Assembly: GCA_965205975.1 (NCBI GenBank) | Contig: OZ242195.1 | Span: 3,232,001 to 3,296,000 of the forward strand | DNA length: 64,000 bases | Reading direction: 5' to 3' | From: Candidatus Latescibacterota bacterium | GTDB taxonomy: Bacteria > Latescibacterota > UBA2968 | In this document: positions 27,585-36,629 of the stretch, piece by piece | Position numbering within the stretch: position 1 is the first letter of the stretch | Layout of the letters: each line of letters opens with the position of its first letter | Translations under genes and position numbers: made by a program | The notes under the pieces: generated by a model | What the model was told of the DNA's origin: nothing | The model's database searches: none | What the model saw: only the letters and a program-made list of their open reading frames with translations

Positions 27585-29165
27585 TCAATACCCCACTGCC
27601 AGACCATCCTTGCGAGGATCGGAAGCCGCGCAATAACCGTCATCCAATTTATAAATAAGCTGCCCCCCGCCATATCCAATAGCCTGCGGAACTTGGATAT
27701 CGTGCCCGCGGGCGCGAAGATCGTCCAGCACGCCGGCATCCACGCCCGGTTCAATCCCCACACTCAAACCCCCAAAAACCTGCCATCGGGGCGCATCGCA
27801 CGCAGCCTGCGGATTTTGACCATAAGCAAAAATCCGGATCATCATCTGCGCGTGACCTTGCGGCTGCATATGCCCTCCCATAACGCCGAAAGCCATCACC
27901 GGTTGGCCCTCTCGGGTCGCAAACGCCGGAATAATCGTATGATACGGTCGCTTGCCCCCATCCACGCGATTGGGATGGCCCTCCGTCAGAACAAAACCCG
28001 CGCCCCGGTTCTGCATACTAATACCCGTATCCGGAATCACAATCCCAGATCCAAAACCCATATAATTGGACTGAATAAACGAAACCATCATCCCATCTTC
28101 ATCCGCAGCCGTGAGATAAACCGTATCGCCACGCGGCATGCCAAAAGTGGGCATCCCCGCCTTTTTCAGATCAATTAATCTCGCGCGCTGAGATAGATAA
28201 TCCGGATCGAGCAACTGCGCGAACTCAACATCCCGCGTATTCGGATCAGACACGTACCTGTGCGTATCCGCATACGCCAACTTCATCGCCTCAATCTGCA
28301 GATGTAAGCTATCCGCCGAATCAACCGCATACCCGGACAAATCCCAATTCTCCAATATGCCCAGTGCAATAAGCGCCGCAATACCCTGACCATTTGGCGG
28401 AATTTCGTGCAGCGTGTAATCCCCGAAATCCATCGTCATTGTATCCACCCAATCCGCCCGATGCTCCGCCAGATCTTCTTCTGTCATCGCACCGCCCGTA
28501 CTCCTTGCATGCGCCGCGATCTTCTCTGCCAGATCACCCGAATAAAAAGCCTCTCCTCTCGTCTCCGCAATCCGCCCAAGCGTACGCGCCTGTGCGCTAC
28601 ACACAAATTTTTCGCCAATTTTCGGCGCGCGACCCAAAGGTGCAAAAGTCGCCATCCAATCGGGCATATCGCCGTAATTATACACAGCCTGTGCCCAGCT
28701 ATGTCCCGTAATAGGCGAAACCACAAAACCATTGCGAGCATAGTGAATCGCGGGTTCAAACAACGCCTCAAACGGCAACACGCCAAACCGCTCTGAAAGT
28801 GCGGCCCACGCCGAAACACAGCCGGGCACAGTCACGGCATCCCAACCCTGCTGGGGCATTTGAGCATGCGCGGCAAACAACTCGGGCGACCACGCTTTTG
28901 GGGAACGTCCCGATGCGTTGAGACCATATATTTGTTCACCATCCCACAAAATGCAAAACGCATCGCTACCTATACCATTCATATTGGGTTCAACAACCGT
29001 AAGCACCATCGCTGTCGCCAGAGCCGCATCTGCGGCATTGCCACCTTTGAGCAACATCTGCAACCCAGCCTGCGCAGCCAGCGGTTGAGAAGTCGCAACC
29101 ACATTGCGCGCCATAACGGGCATGCGTTGTGAAGCATACGGAAAAGACCAGGACAATTCGGGCAT
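27585..29165 (-). CDS. ggt: Gamma-glutamyltransferase family protein
   Basis: GGNAADAA, PPNGQG, autocleavage site GD-TVY, NRG, KRPYHT, GVMGG, SDPRKDG. Confidence 0.93.
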   Translation of the reverse strand: MPELSWSFPYASQRMPVMARNVVATSQPLAAQAGLQMLLKGGNAADAALATAMVLTVVEPNMNGIGSDAFCILWDGEQIYGLNASGRSPKAWSPELFAAHAQMPQQGWDAVTVPGCVSAWAALSERFGVLPFEALFEPAIHYARNGFVVSPITGHSWAQAVYNYGDMPDWMATFAPLGRAPKIGEKFVCSAQARTLGRIAETRGEAFYSGDLAEKIAAHARSTGGAMTEEDLAEHRADWVDTMTMDFGDYTLHEIPPNGQGIAALIALGILENWDLSGYAVDSADSLHLQIEAMKLAYADTHRYVSDPNTRDVEFAQLLDPDYLSQRARLIDLKKAGMPTFGMPRGDTVYLTAADEDGMMVSFIQSNYMGFGSGIVIPDTGISMQNRGAGFVLTEGHPNRVDGGKRPYHTIIPAFATREGQPVMAFGVMGGHMQPQGHAQMMIRIFAYGQNPQAACDAPRWQVFGGLSVGIEPGVDAGVLDDLRARGHDIQVPQAIGYGGGQLIYKLDDGYCAASDPRKDGLAVGY

Positions 29166-29183
29166 GGATCTGCATCTCCTATA

Positions 29184-29645
29184 TCAGTTCAAAGTAATTT
29201 CTTTTTTAACATCATTCATCAAATCATCGCCATCAACAGATTCGCGCAGAGGCTCTGTAAAATTCAACCGATACCCATTGGGATCCATAACAATAACCTC
29301 GCGCGCATTCCACGGGCGATCGTGCGGACCGGAAATCTGGACATTGCCATCGCGCCGCACCCGTTTGGCAATCGCGTCAACCGACTCGCGCAACACCGTA
29401 AAATTGAGCGTAACACCCGCGCCCCGGGTGCTTGAAATCAAAACATTTGGCCCCTCCTCCATCAGAATCAAATCCGCATGAGGTGCCCACCGCAAATGCG
29501 ACATAATCGGATCGCCATTCGCACCCGGCATCTGTGAAATTAGAGAAAAACCGAGCGCATCGCAATACCATCGCGTAGATATGTTGAGATCGTGAACCAT
29601 CAAAGTTGTATAGGACGGCATCTGGTAGTCGAAATCGGATTCCAC
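29184..29645 (-). CDS. VOC (glyoxalase/bleomycin-resistance) family protein
   Basis: WYCDALGF...DRPWNARE...DPNGY; start codon uncertain. Confidence 0.85.
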   Translation of the reverse strand: MESDFDYQMPSYTTLMVHDLNISTRWYCDALGFSLISQMPGANGDPIMSHLRWAPHADLILMEEGPNVLISSTRGAGVTLNFTVLRESVDAIAKRVRRDGNVQISGPHDRPWNAREVIVMDPNGYRLNFTEPLRESVDGDDLMNDVKKEITLN

Positions 29646-29687
29646 CTCGCATGTCCTTTCTCCCCAAAGGGGTAGATAGCCACCAAC

Positions 29688-29720
29688 AAAAAAACCCGCC
29701 GAAGATGCTTCGGCGGGTTC
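29688..29720 (-). terminator. Attenuator-like intrinsic terminator upstream of the VOC gene
   Basis: AACCCGCCGAAG-CAT-CTTCGGCGGGTT followed by a U-tract. Confidence 0.85.
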
Positions 29721-29749
29721 GTTTTGTAAGACTATTATGTACTTTAAGT

Positions 29750-29932
29750 CTATCGTCTCATTTTGAACCCGCCAATAATATTTTTGTCATTACCCGTGAA
29801 AACCGCGAGATTAATGCCACCATCCGGGCACACATGGCCAGTGGTACGGACAAATGACATCTGCACGGATGCACTGATAGCGCAGTTATCCATCATTTGC
29901 TGGGTATTATTCTGGTGGGTTACAAAAATCAT
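29750..29932 (-). CDS. Putative leader peptide / small ORF (60 aa)
   Basis: Lies between a promoter and a terminator; its 3' end (TGGCGGGTTC) is complementary to the terminator 5' arm. Confidence 0.45.
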   Translation of the reverse strand: MIFVTHQNNTQQMMDNCAISASVQMSFVRTTGHVCPDGGINLAVFTGNDKNIIGGFKMRR

Positions 29933-29973
29933 GTTACTCTCACTATATCTGCGAACAGAACTGAACGGTGCAG

Positions 29974-30002
29974 AAGATATATCGGGGACACAGTAAAGTC
30001 AA
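29974..30002 (-). promoter_or_regulatory. Sigma70-type promoter
   Basis: TTGACT-N17-TATCTT. Confidence 0.65.
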
Positions 30003-30016
30003 GTGGGTTTTTCGCA

Positions 30017-30799
30017 CTAAGGTAGCTTTCGATGAAACACGAGATCTGCAAACGCGCCTGTCACCTTACTACCCGTATTATCTGAATCGGACATAAGGTA
30101 CACGCGCACAACCTCTGCGGGTTCTTCATCGGGATAAAAGCGCTTGAAATCCCGGTAAAAATCGCGCGACTCCCCAACCCATTGATTCACATTTTGATCC
30201 CCGCTCTCGGCAACAATGCGATACCACTTAAACTTGAAAAATCCCAGAACAGACGTCACCTGTGTCAGCGAAGTCTCCTCGGGAATAGTACGCGTCCAGA
30301 GATAGGCAACCTCCCGCAACTTTCCTTTGGTATTGAGAACCGAAATACCGATCTTCGCTGCAAAATCATCGCCCGATTTCTGAATCTTGCCTTTGTGATC
30401 CGCCGTACCGCTATCATCAATCGTATTGCTGACCCGCCATCGCCACGAAACATAGGGATACTCAGTTGCAGATATGAGATCATATTGCCCCTGCGCCTGT
30501 TCGCGGACATCCTTCCCAAATCCCCTGGGCGGGCGGTCACAGCGCTTGATCCAACCCTGACTGCGATCAACCGACAACGCCGTGCCATTCTTCGTCGGCA
30601 CCTGCCAGAAAAGTGCCGCCGCATGATCGCTGTGAATCGCAAACACCCCATCGCGATGTTGCCCCGTAACATTTTCCCCGCAATCGTCCCAATCGCGCCG
30701 CAACCAATCGCCCCCCATATCCACGGCAACGCGATCCTGCGCTTGCGCAATACATGGAAAAACGAAAAAGCCTATCATCAAAAAAATATTACGAATCAT
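30017..30799 (-). CDS. DUF3047-like secreted protein
   Basis: Signal peptide; PYVSWRWRV, GDDFAAK, YLW, RDFYRDF, MSDSDNTG. Confidence 0.8.
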   Translation of the reverse strand: MIRNIFLMIGFFVFPCIAQAQDRVAVDMGGDWLRRDWDDCGENVTGQHRDGVFAIHSDHAAALFWQVPTKNGTALSVDRSQGWIKRCDRPPRGFGKDVREQAQGQYDLISATEYPYVSWRWRVSNTIDDSGTADHKGKIQKSGDDFAAKIGISVLNTKGKLREVAYLWTRTIPEETSLTQVTSVLGFFKFKWYRIVAESGDQNVNQWVGESRDFYRDFKRFYPDEEPAEVVRVYLMSDSDNTGSKVTGAFADLVFHRKLP

Positions 30800-31003
30800 A
30801 TTTACCTTTTGTTGAAATGTTGAAAACTAATTAAAACCACTCTTCGCGTGTGGATCAAATTCACACCTGTTGTGAAAACACCACATGAAAGCGCGGTTTT
30901 AGCGGAAATTGTATTCAGTATAGGAAAAAATGCAATTTTTATGCCAATAAAAAAGCGCGACGGGAAAAAACCCACCGCGCTTATGCGATCAAATGGCAAA
31001 GCA

Positions 31004-31027
31004 GGGCGAGGCATGCCTCGCCCCTAC
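31004..31027. repeat. REP (family 1)
   Basis: gggcgaggcatgcctcgcccctac. Confidence 0.85.
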
Positions 31028-31047
31028 AAACGTTGTGCCGTGATACG

Positions 31048-31674
31048 CTACATCTCTGATGACTCTTCACTTTGCTCGGACTTCTCCTCCGTCTCAGATT
31101 CCTTTTTCATCTGATCGCGATCTCCCCCACGGCGACCGCGAAACCAGCCGCGACCTCTGAACCGGGGACCATCGCCATCTCTGAAACCCGGACCACGGCC
31201 TCTGAACCCAGGTCCCCCACGGCCCCTGAAACCCGGACCACCGCGCCCGCGAAACCCCAGGCGTCCACCTCGCCGTCTCTCACCGAGCTTCTCCTTTTGT
31301 TCAGCCGTCAGCAAATTTTTAACATCCATACTGTGCTGAATCTCGCGCGCCATAATTTTGCCCTGCGCCGTCGTCACCGCATCGACCTTAGTCTGAATAT
31401 CTGAAGCCGATGGATTGTCCTGCTTCCGAATCTCACCCAAATCGATCCGCGCCTTTTGATGTGCCGCACGTAAATCAATCATCGCCTTTTGATGGGCAGA
31501 ACGCAGATCAGACATCTTTTCCTTCTGCTCATCCGTCAGTTCCAGCGCCGCCAGACCACCGCGCATACCGCGACGTTTGGCCTTTTGGGCGTCTGCATGT
31601 TTTACAAAAGCGACACTTCCAATAATTCCAATCACAAAAACACCGATAACTGCGTAGATAATTTTGCGTTTCAT
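31048..31674 (-). CDS. Spy/CpxP-family periplasmic chaperone with a Gly/Arg-rich tail
   Basis: Two LTxxQ motifs (LTDEQ, LTAEQ); signal/TM segment. Confidence 0.85.
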   Translation of the reverse strand: MKRKIIYAVIGVFVIGIIGSVAFVKHADAQKAKRRGMRGGLAALELTDEQKEKMSDLRSAHQKAMIDLRAAHQKARIDLGEIRKQDNPSASDIQTKVDAVTTAQGKIMAREIQHSMDVKNLLTAEQKEKLGERRRGGRLGFRGRGGPGFRGRGGPGFRGRGPGFRDGDGPRFRGRGWFRGRRGGDRDQMKKESETEEKSEQSEESSEM

Positions 31675-31848
31675 GATACCAACTCCTCATAGTTAAACAG
31701 CAGTTTCTCTGTATGCTGTCTGTTTGTAGTAAAAAACCGAACAACCCTCGGCTGTGCTCAGGCCGGCATCTGTTCACAACGCGAAAGTCGCGAGTCAGAA
31801 GCTGTCTTAATCCCCCCAGAGAATACATCGAGATTTTTAAAACAGCTT

Positions 31849-32280
31849 CTATGGTGGGCCCCTACGAGAACCGGGTGGACGGTCTCCCGGGGGACCTCTG
31901 CGGCCGCCACCTCGGCCGCGGAATCCTTGACGTCTGTTTTTTTCCTCAAATTTTGCAAACTGTTCAGGCGTGAGAATCGTCTTCAACTTCTCGCGCAACT
32001 TCTGCTCCTGCGACCGCATATCTTCGCCAATCTGTCGGCGCATCGTATCAATCTCACGCCGGTGTTCCTGAAATGCAACTCGCACAGCGCTTTTTTGTTC
32101 ATCCGACAAAGCGAGATCACGACCCATTCGATCAATCATGCGATTGTAGTCATAAGGCCGCCCGCGCGGACCTGGCTGACGCAAAAATCTACGATCGGCA
32201 ACAACGCCACACACCAGCCCCAGGGCAAAAATGCCCAGAAATAAAAGAACGGCCTGTGTGCGGGGAGAAAAAGAAAACAT
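31849..32280 (-). CDS. Membrane-anchored Spy/CpxP-like protein
   Basis: TM helix, LSDEQ and LTPEQ motifs. Confidence 0.75.
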   Translation of the reverse strand: MFSFSPRTQAVLLFLGIFALGLVCGVVADRRFLRQPGPRGRPYDYNRMIDRMGRDLALSDEQKSAVRVAFQEHRREIDTMRRQIGEDMRSQEQKLREKLKTILTPEQFAKFEEKNRRQGFRGRGGGRRGPPGDRPPGSRRGPP

Positions 32281-32300
32281 GATAGTCCCTTTGCAGTCGT

Positions 32301-32699
32301 TTACTCGGGATAGATAATCAGGCTATCGGGTTGCACCTCCGACAGCACCATCTCGGTTTGCGAATCTAAATAATCCGACACCGTATTTGCCTCGGTATCT
32401 CCATTATCTATTAACACCATAAAAATAACAGCAGCGGCAGCGGCCAATGGCACAAGGCGTTTACCCGCCCATACCAGGCTATTCCATAAACTCTCTTCCC
32501 GAATCTGTGCCTGAACGCCATCCCACAACCCCGGCGAAGGCGCCATCGAACGCTGACTCAGGCGTCTCTGCACATGGCGAAGCAAATCGTATTCGGCGCG
32601 AAACTCTGCATCTTCTGCTATCCGCGCTTCAATTTCGCGCGCTTGCTCCGCAGACAAATTACCATCAACATAGAGCAACAATTTATCGCGATCAGTCAT
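32301..32699 (-). CDS. Anti-sigma factor (single TM)
   Basis: LLLYVDGNLS...IEARI motif, LAAAAAV TM; ATGA overlap with the sigma gene. Confidence 0.8.
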   Translation of the reverse strand: MTDRDKLLLYVDGNLSAEQAREIEARIAEDAEFRAEYDLLRHVQRRLSQRSMAPSPGLWDGVQAQIREESLWNSLVWAGKRLVPLAAAAAVIFMVLIDNGDTEANTVSDYLDSQTEMVLSEVQPDSLIIYPE

Positions 32700-33289
32700 A
32701 TCTCCTCCCCTTGCCATTCGCGGTACAGCGGCAAAAGCAAATCTCGTAAACGCGCCCGTGCCCGCGAAAGCCTCGACTTAACAGTGCCGACCGATACATC
32801 CAAAACCTCGGCAATTTCTTCTTGAGAAAAACCCTCTATATCCTTGAGAACCACCACCGCGCGATGCTCGGGCGACAGATAATCGAGCACCTTCTGAATC
32901 TCCTCGCGCAAACCAATGCGCTCAATATCATTTTGCGGTTTATCTGTACCCAAAAACCGATCCAGCGCCATATCGCTCGCCTCTTGCATCCCCTCGATAG
33001 AAACACGGTCGGGCCGCCGTTGCTCGCGCTGGGCAAACGTGAGACAAACATTGGTGGTAATGCGATACAAATATGTGTAAAAACTCGACCGCCCTTCAAA
33101 ATTTTCCAGTGCTTTATACACCCTGACAAACGCCTCTTGCGCCGCATCCTTTGCCGCTTCTGGATCGCCGAGAATCGAACACGCCAGACCGTAAATTCGG
33201 TCTTCATAACGTTCAACCAGATGGCGAAAAGCCTGCACATCGCCCTTTTGGCATAGACGAATCAGATCTCGTTCATCAAAATCAGCCAT
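32696..33289 (-). CDS. ECF RNA polymerase sigma factor (RpoE-like)
   Basis: DAAQEAFVRVY, FYTYLYRI, EEIAEVLDVSVGTVKSRLSRAR. Confidence 0.93.
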   Translation of the reverse strand: MADFDERDLIRLCQKGDVQAFRHLVERYEDRIYGLACSILGDPEAAKDAAQEAFVRVYKALENFEGRSSFYTYLYRITTNVCLTFAQREQRRPDRVSIEGMQEASDMALDRFLGTDKPQNDIERIGLREEIQKVLDYLSPEHRAVVVLKDIEGFSQEEIAEVLDVSVGTVKSRLSRARARLRDLLLPLYREWQGEEI

Positions 33290-33342
33290 TTATTTTTATT
33301 CCTATGAGTATGAATAGACATCCAATCTTATCTTTTTGTGTG

Positions 33343-33391
33343 TTCGCTGATTCGTCTATTCGTCTATTCGCTGATTCGTTGATTCGTCTAT
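33343..33391. repeat. Degenerate 8-bp array (ATTCGTCT/ATTCGCTG) in the sigma 5' UTR
   Basis: Read directly from the sequence. Confidence 0.8.
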
Positions 33392-33394
33392 CCG

Positions 33395-33433
33395 TTTCGC
33401 AGGATTAGACCACCAGATCAGCGCTCGCGTTCC
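33395..33433 (-). promoter_or_regulatory. Putative autoregulatory ECF promoter
   Basis: GGAAC-N18-GTCTAA about 115 nt upstream of the sigma ATG and just after the ilvB terminator. Confidence 0.6.
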
Positions 33434-33442
33434 CTATAAAAC

Positions 33443-33472
33443 AAAAAAATGGACATCGCATTCGATGTCCAT
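33443..33472 (-). terminator. ilvB terminator
   Basis: ATGGACATCG-AATG-CGATGTCCAT followed by a U-tract. Confidence 0.85.
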
Positions 33473-33490
33473 GGTTGGCGGGATCGAGAT

Positions 33491-33568
33491 GGGAGACCAC
33501 GAGGGTCGCCCCTACATTATGATTTTCCATCTACACATACATCGGGCAACCACGAGGGTTGCCCCTAC
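33491..33568. repeat. Two REPs (family 1); the second supplies the ilvB TAG
   Basis: Units at 33491-33515 and 33544-33568. Confidence 0.85.
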
Positions 33569-35331
33569 TCCGTAATAATATCGGCAAATGTCATACCCGA
33601 GGGAATCATGGGCAGCACATGCTCTTGATACGGCACAACCACATCGAGCAAATAGGGACCGTTGGAAGAAATCATGCGATCAATAGCCGGCACGAGATCC
33701 TCCTTGCGTTCCGCCCGTTCGGCTGGCACGCGGAACCCCTTTGCTATCGTCACATAATCGGGAAAAATCGCGTGACTCGGCGGAATATTCATATCTTCAT
33801 GCGCCTGCGCCGCTTCCGGATCCCCAATAAACGTATGCCCGCGATTGCTCTTATAAAAACGATCCTCCCACTGCACCACCATGCCCAGATGCTGATTGTT
33901 GAGAATCATAGTCTTAACGGGAATTTTCTCCGCATACAGCGTCGCCAACTCCTGTACATTCATCGCAAAACTGCCATCGCCATCAATATCAACAACCAGC
34001 GCGTCGGGAAACGCCAATTGCGCTCCCAGCGCAGCGGGCAAACCAAAACCCATCGCCCCCAAACCGCCCGACGTGAGCCAACGGCGCGGCTCATCAAAAG
34101 GATAAAATTGCGCCGCCCACATCTGGTGTTGCCCCACCCCTGTAGATATAATGGCCTTCCCGTCCGTCATCTTATAAAGCATCTCAATCGCATACTGGGG
34201 CAAAATAACATCTTCGACATCCTTGTAATTGAAAGGATATTTCTCCCGCCACGTTTCAATCTCATCACACCAGACCTGATAATCGCCCGGTACAACAACA
34301 CTGTTCAGCTCTTGCAGGGCATATTTGATATCGCTCACAATCGGCAAATGAGCCACCTTATTTTTATTGATCTCAGAAGGATCAATATCGATATGCACAA
34401 TGCGACCGTGTTTGCAAAACTCTTCGAGCTTACCCGTCACCCGATCATCAAAACGCACCCCAAAAGCCAGCAACAAATCGGCGTGATTGATGGCGTAATT
34501 GGCGTAAACCGACCCGTGCATACCCAGCATCTGCAAAGACTGGGGATCTGTTTGCGGAAAAACACCCAGCCCCATCAACGTCTGCGCCACGGGAATACGT
34601 GTTTTTCGAGCAAACGCGCGAAGCTCTTCCGACGCATCTGCAGTCACAATCCCCCCGCCAGCATAAATAAGAGGGCGTTTGGATTCTAAAATCGCCTGCG
34701 CAACCTCTTGAATTTGCGCACGGCTGGCGTGCAAATGTTTGGGGGTATAGCTGCGAATAGAAACCGTATCTGGAAAAACGGGCACACAAACACTTTGCTG
34801 CACATTTTTGGGAACATCGACCAGCACAGGACCGGGCCGCCCAGACGAGGCAATAAAAAACGCCTCTTTGACAACGCGGGGAATATCTTCAATGCGATCC
34901 ACGAGATAATTGTGCTTCGTAATCTGCCGCGTAACCTCAATAATCGGAGTCTCTTGAAAAGCATCGCGACCAATAACAGCAGTGGAGACCTGACCCGTGA
35001 TGGCAACAAGTGGCACAGAGTCCATTTTGGCATCGGCCAGCCCCGTGACCAGATTGGTAGCACCTGGTCCAGACGTTGCCATACACACCCCGACTTTGCC
35101 CGAGGCTTTGGCATATCCCTCAGCCGCAAAAATTTCGCCCTGTTCGTGCCGGCACAACACAACCTGGATATTGGAACGCGTGAGGGACTGGTGCATTTCC
35201 ATACTGGCCCCTCCGGGATAGCCAAAAAGAACTTCGACCCCCTCGCGGATGAGACTTTCAACCAGAATATCGGCACCGCTCATTTCGCCGGGAGTGGAAC
35301 CAGATGCCGGAGTCTGGGGATTGCTCGCCAT
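33565..35331 (-). CDS. ilvB: Acetolactate synthase large subunit
   Basis: [36 protein letters not shown]...NN TPP motif; ATG after AAGGAG. Confidence 0.95.
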   Translation of the reverse strand: MASNPQTPASGSTPGEMSGADILVESLIREGVEVLFGYPGGASMEMHQSLTRSNIQVVLCRHEQGEIFAAEGYAKASGKVGVCMATSGPGATNLVTGLADAKMDSVPLVAITGQVSTAVIGRDAFQETPIIEVTRQITKHNYLVDRIEDIPRVVKEAFFIASSGRPGPVLVDVPKNVQQSVCVPVFPDTVSIRSYTPKHLHASRAQIQEVAQAILESKRPLIYAGGGIVTADASEELRAFARKTRIPVAQTLMGLGVFPQTDPQSLQMLGMHGSVYANYAINHADLLLAFGVRFDDRVTGKLEEFCKHGRIVHIDIDPSEINKNKVAHLPIVSDIKYALQELNSVVVPGDYQVWCDEIETWREKYPFNYKDVEDVILPQYAIEMLYKMTDGKAIISTGVGQHQMWAAQFYPFDEPRRWLTSGGLGAMGFGLPAALGAQLAFPDALVVDIDGDGSFAMNVQELATLYAEKIPVKTMILNNQHLGMVVQWEDRFYKSNRGHTFIGDPEAAQAHEDMNIPPSHAIFPDYVTIAKGFRVPAERAERKEDLVPAIDRMISSNGPYLLDVVVPYQEHVLPMIPSGMTFADIITE

Positions 35332-35354
35332 TGCAAAAATCTCCTTTGTTAGAC

Positions 35355-35389
35355 AAAAAAAAACCGCCATTGCATTGTAGCGATGACGG
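35355..35389 (-). terminator. ilvB attenuator terminator
   Basis: CCGTCATCGC-TACAAT-GCAATGGCGG followed by U9. Confidence 0.8.
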
Positions 35390-35427
35390 GACAAGATGTT
35401 TTTTCGATACGACCATCAATCCCATCA

Positions 35428-35508
35428 TCACATGGGTACAAGTACTACAACACGGCCTACAACAGCCGTTGTAATTGCAATGTGGGATGTGGTGATCTGA
35501 TGTGTCAT
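35428..35508 (-). CDS. ilvB leader peptide (26 aa)
   Basis: MTHQITTSHIAITTAVVGRVVVLVPM*: 6 Val, 3 Ile, 1 Leu, 5 Thr. Confidence 0.85.
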   Translation of the reverse strand: MTHQITTSHIAITTAVVGRVVVLVPM

Positions 35509-35538
35509 AACTCTGCGCTCTCTTTCAATGAGGAAAAG

Positions 35539-35567
35539 AAGATACAGGCTTAGTCCAGTTCTGTCAA
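35539..35567 (-). promoter_or_regulatory. Sigma70-type promoter of the ilv leader
   Basis: TTGACA-N17-TATCTT. Confidence 0.75.
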
Positions 35568-35589
35568 GAAAACTCGTTAGTTAAAAGCA

Positions 35590-35647
35590 GGGCGAGGCAT
35601 GCCTCGCCCCTACATGGCATTGGCGGGCGAAAATTTTTCGCCCCTAC
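35590..35647. repeat. Two REPs (family 1)
   Basis: gggcgaggcatgcctcgcccctac and gggcgaaaatttttcgcccctac. Confidence 0.85.
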
Positions 35648-35650
35648 ATA

Positions 35651-36415
35651 TCACGTATCTTCCATCATATTAATCCGGTCTCGCAGTTCGGCAGCGCGTT
35701 CAAACTCTTCGTTGTCAATTGCTTCCATCAATTCTTTCTTCAGACGCTCAGACTCCGTGAGGGGGCGCTGTTGCTCAAGCTCGTTGAGCAATTCGTTCAG
35801 AGATTCAACAGAGCGTTTTTTTTCAACGTCAAATTCTTCCGCTTCTACTTCTTCCAGATTTTCGATCTTGTCGAGCACATCGCGAATAATGCGCATGCCC
35901 TCCGTAAAATTGTTCTTTTGCGATTCAATCATCACGCGCGCAATCGCGTGAATTCGCAAAACATAAGGCCACCATTTTTCGAGATTGAGACGATCGTTTT
36001 CCGCAGCAGCGTATTGGTTGACAAAACGAAACAGCCTCATGTTGCGCTCTGTATCTCGAATAACGCGGTCATAATCTCGTATTTGGAGTAAAAAAATATA
36101 CCGCTCGTAGAGCAGTCGGCTCTCATCAAAGAGTTCACGACAGTGCGCCTTTTTCAGTGAAAAACCATCGGATGTACCGTGTTCTTCAATGAAATGATGA
36201 AGCCTATCAGTAAAATGATCCAGCACAAACGCATTATTGTGCGGTTTGCGCCCATCGGGACGCCCGTCGAGCTCCATCTGTAGAATGCCTTGAAATGGAC
36301 CCTGATCTATGCGCACCTGAATTTTTTCAACGCCTTTGGACGAGAAAATTTTGCGAATGCTGTTTTTGGGATCATAGGGCCAGTGCTTCAGCAAAGGGCC
36401 AATATCTTCGGTCAT
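35651..36415 (-). CDS. UvrB/UvrC-motif (UVR) domain protein
   Basis: C-terminal LMEAIDNEEFERAAELRDRI; GRPDG motif. Confidence 0.8.
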   Translation of the reverse strand: MTEDIGPLLKHWPYDPKNSIRKIFSSKGVEKIQVRIDQGPFQGILQMELDGRPDGRKPHNNAFVLDHFTDRLHHFIEEHGTSDGFSLKKAHCRELFDESRLLYERYIFLLQIRDYDRVIRDTERNMRLFRFVNQYAAAENDRLNLEKWWPYVLRIHAIARVMIESQKNNFTEGMRIIRDVLDKIENLEEVEAEEFDVEKKRSVESLNELLNELEQQRPLTESERLKKELMEAIDNEEFERAAELRDRINMMEDT

Positions 36416-36629
36416 GGCAAGTTCCCTGATGTGTGGGAGAGACCTCCCTTGAACTGCTGACGGCGGAAGAATACCCGAACCTGTTGTGCCATAGGTTTCA
36501 ATCTAATTGCATTTGATTGCAGACGCAAGTATCATGTAGAGTGCGTAGTAATCCTTCTACCCATCACGTCTCACCGCCTTTAACGTCTCACCCGTTTCTC
36601 TCGTTTCATCTATATATAAAGGGAAAAAA

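Noticed and set aside
29377..29667. Alternative-frame ORF with a strong RBS overlapping the VOC start
   Set aside because: Product has no recognisable features; the same RBS region can serve the VOC GTG.
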